DNA of 17,125 bases. It comes from a virus. Taxonomy: Duplodnaviria > Heunggongvirae > Uroviricota > Caudoviricetes. Of the stretch, positions 1 to 6,896 are shown in pieces. The stretch is from the IMG/VR virus record IMGVR_UViG_2671180283_000013; one strand, written 5' to 3'. How positions within the stretch are numbered: the first letter of the stretch is position 1; each line of letters opens with the position of its first letter. The notes under the pieces were generated by a model. It had not been told where the DNA came from. It was given only the letters and a program-made list of their open reading frames with translations, and made no database searches. The position numbers and the translations under genes are program-made.

Positions 1-2071
1 CAATGACTCCGCCAGCAGTTTCCAGATCGATAGTCTTACTAAATTCCGGTCCCATATCTCCGGTTTGCGGATCGAAAAATATTGCACCTATTGAGGTGAT
101 CGGGGCATCAGGATTTTTTCCCATGGTTTCAAGGTCGATCATTAGATGGTCACACGTCCTGCTGGTGGATGTGATTTCGTGATGACCGTTCACCTTAATT
201 GGGTGATCTGCCGTCTCGCCAGTTTCATTATCGCTATTGTGATGCTGATTGCCGCCAGTGTTCTCCTTGTGTGGATGTTCAGCGCCTTCCATTTCCTCCG
301 GATCATCTTCCTGAACTTCAACCTGATACTCTTCATCGAATGTTTCTTGGTATGTTGCGTCGCCCATCACCGCGCCACAATCAGGGCAGTTGCCGCCGCC
401 GGTCTGACCGCAGGCGGTGCAGACTTTTTCCACTTCCTGTTGCGCTACTGGTTCAGGCTGTTTCGTTTCTGGCTCGTTTTGTAACGCATTTGGACTGTTT
501 TGTTCCGCTTTTTGGTAGTTCCGTTCCGATTCATGCTGGTTCTGGTTCACAGAATCGCGGGTCTGGATCCCCTTAACCCATTTCGGATCATTCGGGTCAC
601 TAATCCCTTCAACAAATTCACCACGTGATGCAGCAAGCAACTTATCAGCGTCAGGCTGGCTGATATTGGCTGCCTGCATAATTTTGTTTACTTCGTCAGC
701 GGTAACTTTTATCGGCTCTGGTTGTTCTGAATCTTCAGCGGTATCTACATTTTGCGGTAAGCCCGTGTATGTGCCATTTTTTCGGGCAAAATATTCTTCT
801 TTTGTGATTTCAGTGGCGCCAGCAGCCAGTGCCTTATCCAGACCAGAAAGTTTGTTTGCGCGACCGTATTTTTCTCCGTCCTTATCTGCGAAGAGGAAAT
901 AGAACGGCCCCTCACGCTCTACAGATGGTTCAGCTTCCGGCGCGGTTTCATTTTTTGGGATATCAGATACCTCAGTTTCCACTGCATCAGTTTGTGTTTC
1001 TGATGACTGGAGAACATCAACAGTGCCCAGGTCTGTTTCTTCATTCTCAAACACGCCCTTTGTCGTCAGGTATTCGCAGATATATTTGTTCAGTGCTACG
1101 GGATCTTTGTGAATGTCGATCGGACGCTCACGGACAAGGCCAAAAATAGTTTGGCGGTCGTAGCGAAGGGCATCAGGCTGTTTGCGCATTGATGCCGAGA
1201 TACGCTTCCAGTCTTCGCGGTCGTTGTCGATAACTTCATTTTTTGCCCAGCGATGGATGCTGCCGTCAATGTTTCCGGCATCCACATCACCAGGCCAGAG
1301 AGCGTAGGCCAGTTCGTCATCCAGTGTTTTCCATGTCTGCTTGTATTCGCGATGAATGGCAGCAATGACCGGGCTGATTTTTCCTGTTGAATTTTCACTG
1401 TGCTGTTGATTGGTTCTGGCGCGGGCGAGATCAACAACAGACGTGTATTTTCCGGTTTCCTTGCGTTCACCTTCGCGACGTTTTTTCCAGATGCGCATCT
1501 CTGCCTGAATTTCGGGCCATTTAGCACCAGGAATACATTTATGCTTAACCCACCCAATGGCGTGCAACTTAAGCTCCGGATACATGGCGTTAACTTCTGG
1601 CATTTTCATCAACGCTTCAACGATATGTCCGTCGAATGTTGCCATGTCTTCCTGCAACAATTCCTGTGCGCTAATAACCATATCAACGGTGATGTTTTCA
1701 CATGTGTCGAACTTAACCATGACAGCGTTCTGTACTTCAGGGGCCAGCTTGTCAAAAGTGACGTTCATCGGATCGGATTCAGTCTCAACCGGGACAAAAG
1801 AAGCAGACTCCTCATCCCAGCGGTTTTCCTGCATATATTCAGCATCCCATGAATCGAGGGCAGGGCGGGGTATGCCAGGTTTATCCTCGCAGACAATAAA
1901 TTTATAAGCGCAGTCCTGAGCAGCCGGATAATGTTCCAGGAATTGCCAGTGAAATTTTGCTCGAGCACGGCGTTCGTCGCCAGCTTCAATGGCTGTGGCT
2001 ACAGCCACAGCGCCTTCTTCCCTTGTTGCCAGTTCGTCAGGAATAGCGGCGCAAATAAAGACTTTACTCAT
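1..2071 (-). CDS. Large prophage exonuclease-like protein; N-terminus at 2071, C-terminal end runs off the left edge (about 690 codons visible)
   Basis: Minus-strand frame is open from ATG at 2071-2069 to the window edge; I checked every codon and found no in-frame stop. GAGGT lies about 9 nt upstream and an in-frame stop lies just upstream of the ATG. Translation starts MSKVFICAAIPDELATREEG. It contains a C-x2-C-x7-C-x2-C motif (CTACGQTGGGNCPDCG), an acidic low-complexity linker, and a DnaQ-like Exo I motif (HLMIDLETMG) near position 120-150. Position matches the exonuclease gene of the early-left operon of Rac/Qin-type prophages (from memory). Confidence 0.8.
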   Translation of the reverse strand, partial: MSKVFICAAIPDELATREEGAVAVATAIEAGDERRARAKFHWQFLEHYPAAQDCAYKFIVCEDKPGIPRPALDSWDAEYMQENRWDEESASFVPVETESDPMNVTFDKLAPEVQNAVMVKFDTCENITVDMVISAQELLQEDMATFDGHIVEALMKMPEVNAMYPELKLHAIGWVKHKCIPGAKWPEIQAEMRIWKKRREGERKETGKYTSVVDLARARTNQQHSENSTGKISPVIAAIHREYKQTWKTLDDELAYALWPGDVDAGNIDGSIHRWAKNEVIDNDREDWKRISASMRKQPDALRYDRQTIFGLVRERPIDIHKDPVALNKYICEYLTTKGVFENEETDLGTVDVLQSSETQTDAVETEVSDIPKNETAPEAEPSVEREGPFYFLFADKDGEKYGRANKLSGLDKALAAGATEITKEEYFARKNGTYTGLPQNVDTAEDSEQPEPIKVTADEVNKIMQAANISQPDADKLLAASRGEFVEGISDPNDPKWVKGIQTRDSVNQNQHESERNYQKAEQNSPNALQNEPETKQPEPVAQQEVEKVCTACGQTGGGNCPDCGAVMGDATYQETFDEEYQVEVQEDDPEEMEGAEHPHKENTGGNQHHNSDNETGETADHPIKVNGHHEITSTSRTCDHLMIDLETMGKNPDAPITSIGAIFFDPQTGDMGPEFSKTIDLETAGGVI

Positions 2072-2164
2072 TTTGTTTTAACCTCATGACAGATTTAAGG
2101 ATGAACAAATCCCTGCCATTGCTGGCATATAAGAATGAAACCGGATATTTATTACGGAACTGTT

Positions 2165-2356
2165 TTAAAGACCTGCCGGGATTTCGATATTATCCTGGTT
2201 AATAACTTTATCGACCGGGTAACAGTTACCGGGAATTTTCTGTTCGGTTGCTGCAGTCATACACTCCTGCATTGTCCTGTGAACACTGACTGCAATATCA
2301 ACTGGCACTCCGGAAACAAGAAAAACTGTCAGAACAAGCGCAAATGCTGAATTCAT
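2165..2356 (-). CDS. ydfD: Small membrane/lysis peptide, YdfD-like, 63 aa
   Basis: ATG at 2356-2354 with AAAGGA 8 nt upstream. Start overlaps the upstream gene's stop as ATGA (translational coupling). N-terminal hydrophobic segment MNSAFALVLTVFLVSGVPV. Size and position immediately downstream of dicB match Qin YdfD (from memory). Confidence 0.6.
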   Translation of the reverse strand: MNSAFALVLTVFLVSGVPVDIAVSVHRTMQECMTAATEQKIPGNCYPVDKVINQDNIEIPAGL

Positions 2357-2541
2357 TGTGCACATCCTTTTGGCATCAGACGTAAACGAGCCAGCATTGA
2401 AACAATGCATATTTTATTTAATAGCTCCCGTTCTTGTTTTCTCTTGTTAATGGCATCTTCAGTAAATACAGAGTTACTGATAGTGACACCAATTTCAAAA
2501 CAACCTTCAGACGTATTAACGTTTGGTAATAACGTTTTCAT
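2353..2541 (-). CDS. dicB: Cell division inhibitor DicB, 62 aa
   Basis: ATG at 2541-2539 with a strong SD (GAGGA, 7 nt spacer). Translation MKTLLPNVNTSEGCFEIGVTISNSVFTEDAINKRKQERELLNKICIVSMLARLRLMPKGCAQ matches my recollection of E. coli DicB almost exactly. Sits directly downstream of the dicF sequence. Confidence 0.75.
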   Translation of the reverse strand: MKTLLPNVNTSEGCFEIGVTISNSVFTEDAINKRKQERELLNKICIVSMLARLRLMPKGCAQ

Positions 2542-2710
2542 TATCGCGTCCTCAACAATGAATTTTGTGATGCAGTGCCTGGTGCCTCCAGGTGACGTTA
2601 ACCAGTTAACAATTAACGTCGGATACAGAGAATCCACCCATAACACTGTTTTTGGTTTTAACTGTTCCGCGTGCGCTTAGCCGCATTCACCGCATCACAA
2701 AATTCACTTT

Positions 2711-2768
2711 AAAAACGGCGGCAGAGCAGTCACGGAGTAAAACTGATACCGCCAAACGTCACCAGAAA
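2711..2768 (-). ncRNA. dicF: DicF small RNA (ftsZ translation inhibitor), includes 3' terminator hairpin and U-tail
   Basis: Reverse complement of 2711-2768 reads TTTCTGGTGACGTTTGGCGGTATCAGTTTTACTCCGTGACTGCTCTGCCGCCGTTTTT, which matches the DicF sequence as I remember it. It ends in a GC-rich stem plus T-run and lies between the upstream minus-strand ORFs and dicB, as in the Qin dicB operon. Ends are approximate. Confidence 0.75.
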
Positions 2769-3027
2769 ATTGATAACAGAGGGCGTTGCAGCGGGGTTGT
2801 CACTTAAGCGTATGGTCAACCTGACAACTCGGTGTCCTCAACGGGGAAGGAATAACCCCGCCATACTTACCGCCGCGCCATTTTGCGGGTTGCCACAACC
2901 GGAAGCGCACGGTCGAATTAAATTTAACGACACCGTACAGTGAGACGAACTTCGCCGTGCGCTTTCGTGTTGTGTGCCTGCTTTTAACCACGTCAGGCGA
3001 GGTGGTATCCTTAAAATCACCACAGTT

Positions 3028-3603
3028 TTAAGGATTCATTAAGCAATGTCGCAACCACCAATAAATCCGCTTAAGAACATGAAAATTGATTACTGGTATA
3101 AAGCGCTTACAGTTGTTGGCGCTGCGTTGTTTGTCTTTAATGGAACGTCTTTTTTTGACAGATATCCCGTTGTTCCATTGGGTTTTTTGTCCTCCGGCAT
3201 CTTTTTTATTGGTTTGGGGGAGTGGATTAATCACCCTCTCAAAGTGAGATTTATTGGCCCTGGAGTTTGGACTCGTGGATATAATCGTTCTTCGTGCGCA
3301 CTCGGTATCATCTTCGACATACTTGGTTGTTTCCTGATTGTTACAGGAGTCGTCAAGTTCTTCTGATGTAAAACCGCAAATGGGGCACGTAACGGGAATT
3401 TTGAAAAGCGTTTCTCCGGGTTCCAGAACAAAATTTTCTGCGGTCTGATTTTGCTTCTCATATTTGTGCTCCGCGTCATTGTGAGAGCACATTCTTATTC
3501 TGAGTGCCTGTTTAAACTCACTGAAGCTGAGAGCTTCTTCGCCTTCGGCAAGGCCTTCGAAGTATTCTTCGTAAGCCTTTTCCATGATTGTGTCGAAATC
3601 CAT
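3028..3603 (-). CDS. Acidic small protein, YdfB/YdfC-like by position; only the first 40-85 codons look like real protein, the rest of the open frame is probably antisense read-through
   Basis: ATG at 3603-3601 lies 1 nt after the ydfA-like stop (TGAtATG coupling). N-terminus MDFDTIMEKAYEEYFEGLAEGEEALSFSEFKQALRIRMCSHN is protein-like. No in-frame stop occurs until 3028, so the frame overlaps the plus-strand membrane gene at 3046-3366. The true 3' end is unresolved. Confidence 0.35.
   Translation of the reverse strand: MDFDTIMEKAYEEYFEGLAEGEEALSFSEFKQALRIRMCSHNDAEHKYEKQNQTAENFVLEPGETLFKIPVTCPICGFTSEELDDSCNNQETTKYVEDDTECARRTIISTSPNSRANKSHFERVINPLPQTNKKDAGGQKTQWNNGISVKKRRSIKDKQRSANNCKRFIPVINFHVLKRIYWWLRHCLMNP
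3046..3366 (+). CDS. Small integral membrane protein, 106 aa, embedded in opposite orientation in the early-left operon (same position as sieB in lambda/Rac; family unverified)
   Basis: ATG at 3046 with AAGGA about 11 nt upstream. Three clear hydrophobic helices (YWYKALTVVGAALFVF, VVPLGFLSSGIFFIGLG, CALGIIFDILGCFLIVTGVV). The overlapping minus-strand frame is K/R/N-rich, as expected for the antisense of a membrane-protein gene. Confidence 0.55.
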   Translation: MSQPPINPLKNMKIDYWYKALTVVGAALFVFNGTSFFDRYPVVPLGFLSSGIFFIGLGEWINHPLKVRFIGPGVWTRGYNRSSCALGIIFDILGCFLIVTGVVKFF

Positions 3604-3604
3604 A

Positions 3605-3760
3605 TCACTCACCTGAGTTTCTTTCCAGCCAGCGACGGGCACCATTTTCGGTTTTAAACGTTTTGCTTTTGGTATACGTCATCGCGGTGAACGTGCCGTC
3701 CTGGTTGGGGAACACGCCACATACCAGAGATTCGCTGTTGCCAAGATCGATAGTATCCAT
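3605..3760 (-). CDS. ydfA: YdfA/YdaF-like small protein (DUF1391-type), 51 aa
   Basis: ATG at 3760-3758. Translation MDTIDLGNSESLVCGVFPNQDGTFTAMTYTKSKTFKTENGARRWLERNSGE resembles Qin YdfA / Rac YdaF from memory. First gene downstream of dicA on the same strand. Confidence 0.6.
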   Translation of the reverse strand: MDTIDLGNSESLVCGVFPNQDGTFTAMTYTKSKTFKTENGARRWLERNSGE

Positions 3761-3840
3761 GCTGACCTCATTTCCCCTTAACGCTGGGGTAGCGGAACTG
3801 TTTGCTGAGAACACCGTGCGGTGTGTTGATGCAAATAAGA

Positions 3841-3854
3841 TTAGCCATGGCTAA
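3841..3854. promoter_or_regulatory. Perfect 14-bp palindromic operator candidate TTAGCCATGGCTAA, left of dicA; related inverted repeat ATGTTA-N4-TAACAT at 3877-3892
   Basis: Read directly: the sequence is identical to its reverse complement. Related palindromes flank dicA on both sides, in the untranslated region upstream of the ydfA-like gene. Confidence 0.5.
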
Positions 3855-3926
3855 CATATAGGTCAAGTGATTTTGTATGTTATGGCTAACATGATTGATG
3901 TGGTAAAAGATAACTCATTGATGATG

Positions 3927-4334
3927 TTATCTTTTATTTGTCCGCTGACGGGCTTTTAGTAATTCTTCAAAGAGTTTATTGAAGTTTTTTACTCGAGCTC
4001 GCATTTCGGCGAGCTGGGTATCCTGTTCTGATTCTGGCAGTGCATTAAACAGCTCAAGGAGCTCTAGTTCTTTGGGGGATAAGGCAACTGGCTTCTCAAC
4101 AGGTGGTGTTGGTTGCTTGTCTTCATCGCCAAATAGAATCCATGTTGGTGAGCATTGCAATACTTTGCTGAGGGCAAAAAGGTTCTTCCCTGTAGGTTCA
4201 CTATCATCCCGTTCCCATTGTGATACAGACACATGGGAGATTTTCAGGGCTTTAGCAAGAGACCTTTGGGTGTGTTTGAGGTTTTTCCGACGATACCTAA
4301 TGCGTTCGCCGATAGTTAAATTTTTTGTTTCCAT
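3927..4334 (-). CDS. dicA: DicA repressor (HTH, Cro/CI family), 135 aa
   Basis: ATG at 4334-4332. Translation METKNLTIGERIRYRRKNLKHTQRSLAKALKISHVSVSQWERDDSEPTGKNLFALSKVLQCSPTWILFGDED... contains a canonical helix-turn-helix and matches E. coli DicA from memory. Divergent from dicC. Confidence 0.85.
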   Translation of the reverse strand: METKNLTIGERIRYRRKNLKHTQRSLAKALKISHVSVSQWERDDSEPTGKNLFALSKVLQCSPTWILFGDEDKQPTPPVEKPVALSPKELELLELFNALPESEQDTQLAEMRARVKNFNKLFEELLKARQRTNKR

Positions 4335-4386
4335 AGTTAGCTAATGCTAAATCGTATTGACTATGTTTTTGTTAACATCTATTTTG

Positions 4387-4400
4387 TTAGTCATGACTAA
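4387..4400. promoter_or_regulatory. Perfect 14-bp palindromic operator candidate TTAGTCATGACTAA in the dicA-dicC divergent intergenic region; also TTAGCTAA (4337-4344) and TGTTAACA (4370-4377)
   Basis: Read directly: identical to its reverse complement. Shares the consensus TTAG-YCATGR-CTAA with the site at 3841-3854. Lies between the divergent repressor and cro-like genes, where operators are expected. Confidence 0.55.
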
Positions 4401-4417
4401 CAATAAAGGTGTTTTAA

Positions 4418-4648
4418 ATGCTTAAAACTGACGCTCTTTTGTATTTCGGTTCAAAAACAAAACTTGCACAAGCAGCAGGTATTCGTTTGGCTTCGCTTTA
4501 TAGCTGGAAAGGGGATTTAGTTCCCGAAGGTCGCGCGATGCGTCTACAGGAGGCATCTGGCGGGGAGCTTCAGTATGATCCCAAAGTTTATGATGAATAT
4601 CGTAAGACGAAGCGGGCGGGGCGGTTGAACAATGAAAATCACTCCTGA
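4418..4648 (+). CDS. dicC: DicC (Cro-like regulator), 76 aa
   Basis: ATG at 4418 with AAAGGTG upstream. Translation MLKTDALLYFGSKTKLAQAAGIRLASLYSWKGDLVPEGRAMRLQEASGGELQYDPKVYDEYRKTKRAGRLNNENHS matches DicC from memory. Divergent from dicA. Confidence 0.8.
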   Translation: MLKTDALLYFGSKTKLAQAAGIRLASLYSWKGDLVPEGRAMRLQEASGGELQYDPKVYDEYRKTKRAGRLNNENHS

Positions 4649-5153
4649 ACAGGCTCGTGAGGCTCTGGATGCCTGGATATGTCGACCAGGAATGACACAG
4701 GAGCAGGCGACGATATTAATCACTGAAGCATTCTGGGCTTTGAAAGAGCGCCCGAACATCGATGTTCAGCGTGTCACAGATGAAGGTGGCGCGGTTGATC
4801 AGCGAGCGCTTGGCGTTAATCGAGTGAAGATATTCGAACGCTGGAAGGCTATCGACACCAGGGATAAGCGTGAAAAGTTCAGGGCGCTAGTGCCTGCGAT
4901 TATGGAGGCTATCCGGATTAGTGATTTCAGGTTGTATCGTGAGATCAGTGATGGAAAAAGTATTACGTACATGATCGCCGGGTTAAATAAAGAATATGGC
5001 GATGTGGTGGAATCCGGACTGCTTTTTGCAGATCCTGCCGTTGTAGATCGTGAAACTGACGAACTTATAGAAAAAGCAATTGCTTTCAAGCTTGCGTATC
5101 GACAGCAATACCAACAAAAAGCTGGATGGAATTATGAGTCTTCTTTTTGCTGA
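4632..5153 (+). CDS. YdaT-like / CII-like early regulatory protein, 173 aa (family from memory, unverified)
   Basis: ATG at 4632 overlaps the dicC stop by 17 bp. Protein-like composition. Position after the cro-like gene is typical for YdaT/CII-like genes. Confidence 0.7.
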   Translation: MKITPEQAREALDAWICRPGMTQEQATILITEAFWALKERPNIDVQRVTDEGGAVDQRALGVNRVKIFERWKAIDTRDKREKFRALVPAIMEAIRISDFRLYREISDGKSITYMIAGLNKEYGDVVESGLLFADPAVVDRETDELIEKAIAFKLAYRQQYQQKAGWNYESSFC

Positions 5154-6099
5154 ACGCCCACTGGTTATAAACACGCAGCTGGCAATGAAAATTGGCTTAA
5201 ACGAAGCCATTGTTTTGCAACAACTGCACTACTGGTTGAGAGATACCAACTCCGGCATGGAATGTGATGGTGTTCGCTGGATTTATAACACAACGGAACA
5301 ATGGCTGGAACAGTTCCCATTCTGGTCAGAGTCAACGTTAAAGCGCGCGTTTGCAAGTCTGAAAACGCTGGGGCTTTTGCGTTGTGAAAAGCTCAATAAA
5401 TCAAAGCGCGATATGACCAATTTCTACACGATCAACTACGGGAGCGAGCTTTTAGATGGTGGCAAATTGAGCGAATCCATCGGTTTAAAATGCGCCGCTC
5501 CATCAGGTCAAAATGACACGATGGAAGAGGTCAAAATGAAACGCTCCATTGGTTCAAAACGACTCAATGTCATCGGGTCAAAATGGCCTGATGATCTTAC
5601 AGAGAATACAACAGAGATTACTACAGAGAATAAAAAGACTTCTCGTCCGGAAGCTTCGCAACCGGACCCGCAGACGGTTGAACAGGATTTTTTAACCCGA
5701 CACCCTGACGCGGTTGTGTTCAGTGCGAAAAAACGCCAGTGGGGCAGCCAGGAAGATTTGGCGTGTGCGCAGTGGATCTGGGGGCGAATCGTGAGTCTTT
5801 ACGAGCAGGCCGCCAGCGATGATGGCGAGATTTCGCGACCGAAAGAACCCAACTGGACCGCATGGGCCAACGACGTGCGCACAATGCGGATGCTGGATGG
5901 CAGAACTCACAGACAAATTTGTGAAATGTTTGGTCGGGTGCAGCGGGATCCATTCTGGGTAAAAAATATCATGAGTCCGTCAAAGCTTCGCGAAAAATGG
6001 GATGAACTGGTTATCCGCCTGGGGCGTTCGTCTGTACAGCGTTGTGTGAATCATATTTCTGAGCCGGATACCGAAATTCCGCCGGGCTTCAGGGGGTAA
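5134..6099 (+). CDS. Phage replication initiation protein (replisome-organizer-like N-terminus, DnaT-like C-terminus), about 321 aa
   Basis: ATG at 5134 (MSLLFAERPLVINTQLAMKIGLNEAIVLQQLHYWL...) overlaps the upstream stop by 20 bp; the track ORF's earlier start at 5080 would overlap 73 bp. Domain call rests on remembered family features, not a search. Confidence 0.7.
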   Translation: MSLLFAERPLVINTQLAMKIGLNEAIVLQQLHYWLRDTNSGMECDGVRWIYNTTEQWLEQFPFWSESTLKRAFASLKTLGLLRCEKLNKSKRDMTNFYTINYGSELLDGGKLSESIGLKCAAPSGQNDTMEEVKMKRSIGSKRLNVIGSKWPDDLTENTTEITTENKKTSRPEASQPDPQTVEQDFLTRHPDAVVFSAKKRQWGSQEDLACAQWIWGRIVSLYEQAASDDGEISRPKEPNWTAWANDVRTMRMLDGRTHRQICEMFGRVQRDPFWVKNIMSPSKLREKWDELVIRLGRSSVQRCVNHISEPDTEIPPGFRG

Positions 6100-6139
6100 G
6101 TGTTAATTTCTGGTCATGAGGTAATTTTCAGGAGGGCTT

Positions 6140-6562
6140 GTGGCAAAAGTTTTTACACAAGAAGAGCGGGAAAAAATTAAAGGGCAGGTTGTTGAACTCG
6201 TACGCCGGAGTGGGCGTGAGACGTTACGGCAACTGGAAGTCAAGACAGGTGCGACAAGATATCTGATGAGCGTTCTCGCAAGAGAGCTGGTTGCCAGCGG
6301 CGATGTATACAACTCTGGTTACGGGTTATTCCCGTCTGAACAGGCGCGTAAGGACTGGCAAAATGCCCGTAAAAAGCTCTCAAGGGCAAAGCTGAAGGAA
6401 CCATCTGCGGTTGATCCGGACCTTATCTGGTCATTACCTGACGGAGAAATACGTCGTTACGACAGGCGTCATAATATGATTTGTACTGAGTGTCGTAAAA
6501 GCGAAGTTATGCAGCGCATATTGTCGTTTTATCAGGGGGATGTCCGGTATTTATTGAAGTGA
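6140..6562 (+). CDS. Hypothetical protein, 140 aa, unknown function
   Basis: GTG at 6140 preceded by a strong SD, AGGAGG with 5 nt spacer. Protein-like, with a C-terminal CTEC motif. Confidence 0.7.
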   Translation: MAKVFTQEEREKIKGQVVELVRRSGRETLRQLEVKTGATRYLMSVLARELVASGDVYNSGYGLFPSEQARKDWQNARKKLSRAKLKEPSAVDPDLIWSLPDGEIRRYDRRHNMICTECRKSEVMQRILSFYQGDVRYLLK

Positions 6563-6896
6563 CGAGATTAAAGTGCATTAGTTCAGATGCAAATTGACAT
6601 TTTGTGGCACAGGGTAGAGCTAGCGTGGTTGTCCGCTTTGTGCCAAGAGCAGACGCTGGTAATTCGTGCCTAATATACTTCACTTAACTTATATCCCAGC
6701 TTTGATACAGATCATACAAATTAAATGCCCCAGTAATTGGCAGGCTGAGTAACTTAAAACTCCTTAGAATATAGGATGATTTGTATCGGCACTCATTCCA
6801 CCATGCATTCCGATTAACCCCGCATAGCCAGTTGAACTTTGCTACTCTGTGAGAGGTAGTACCTTCTATCCAGTGCGGATTTAATTAATGGAATAA

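Noticed and set aside
146-1989. Several plus-strand ORFs and off-frame minus-strand ORFs (146-484, 199-576, 666-902, 829-1149, 1096-1557, 1400-1852, 1557-1907, 1765-1989)
   Set aside because: All lie inside the long uninterrupted minus-strand exonuclease frame, which has a good RBS and protein-like translation; they are alternative-frame artefacts.
2800-3023. Two basic 61-63-aa minus-strand ORFs
   Set aside because: No RBS and non-protein-like composition; the region is better explained as untranslated leader and precursor RNA upstream of dicF.
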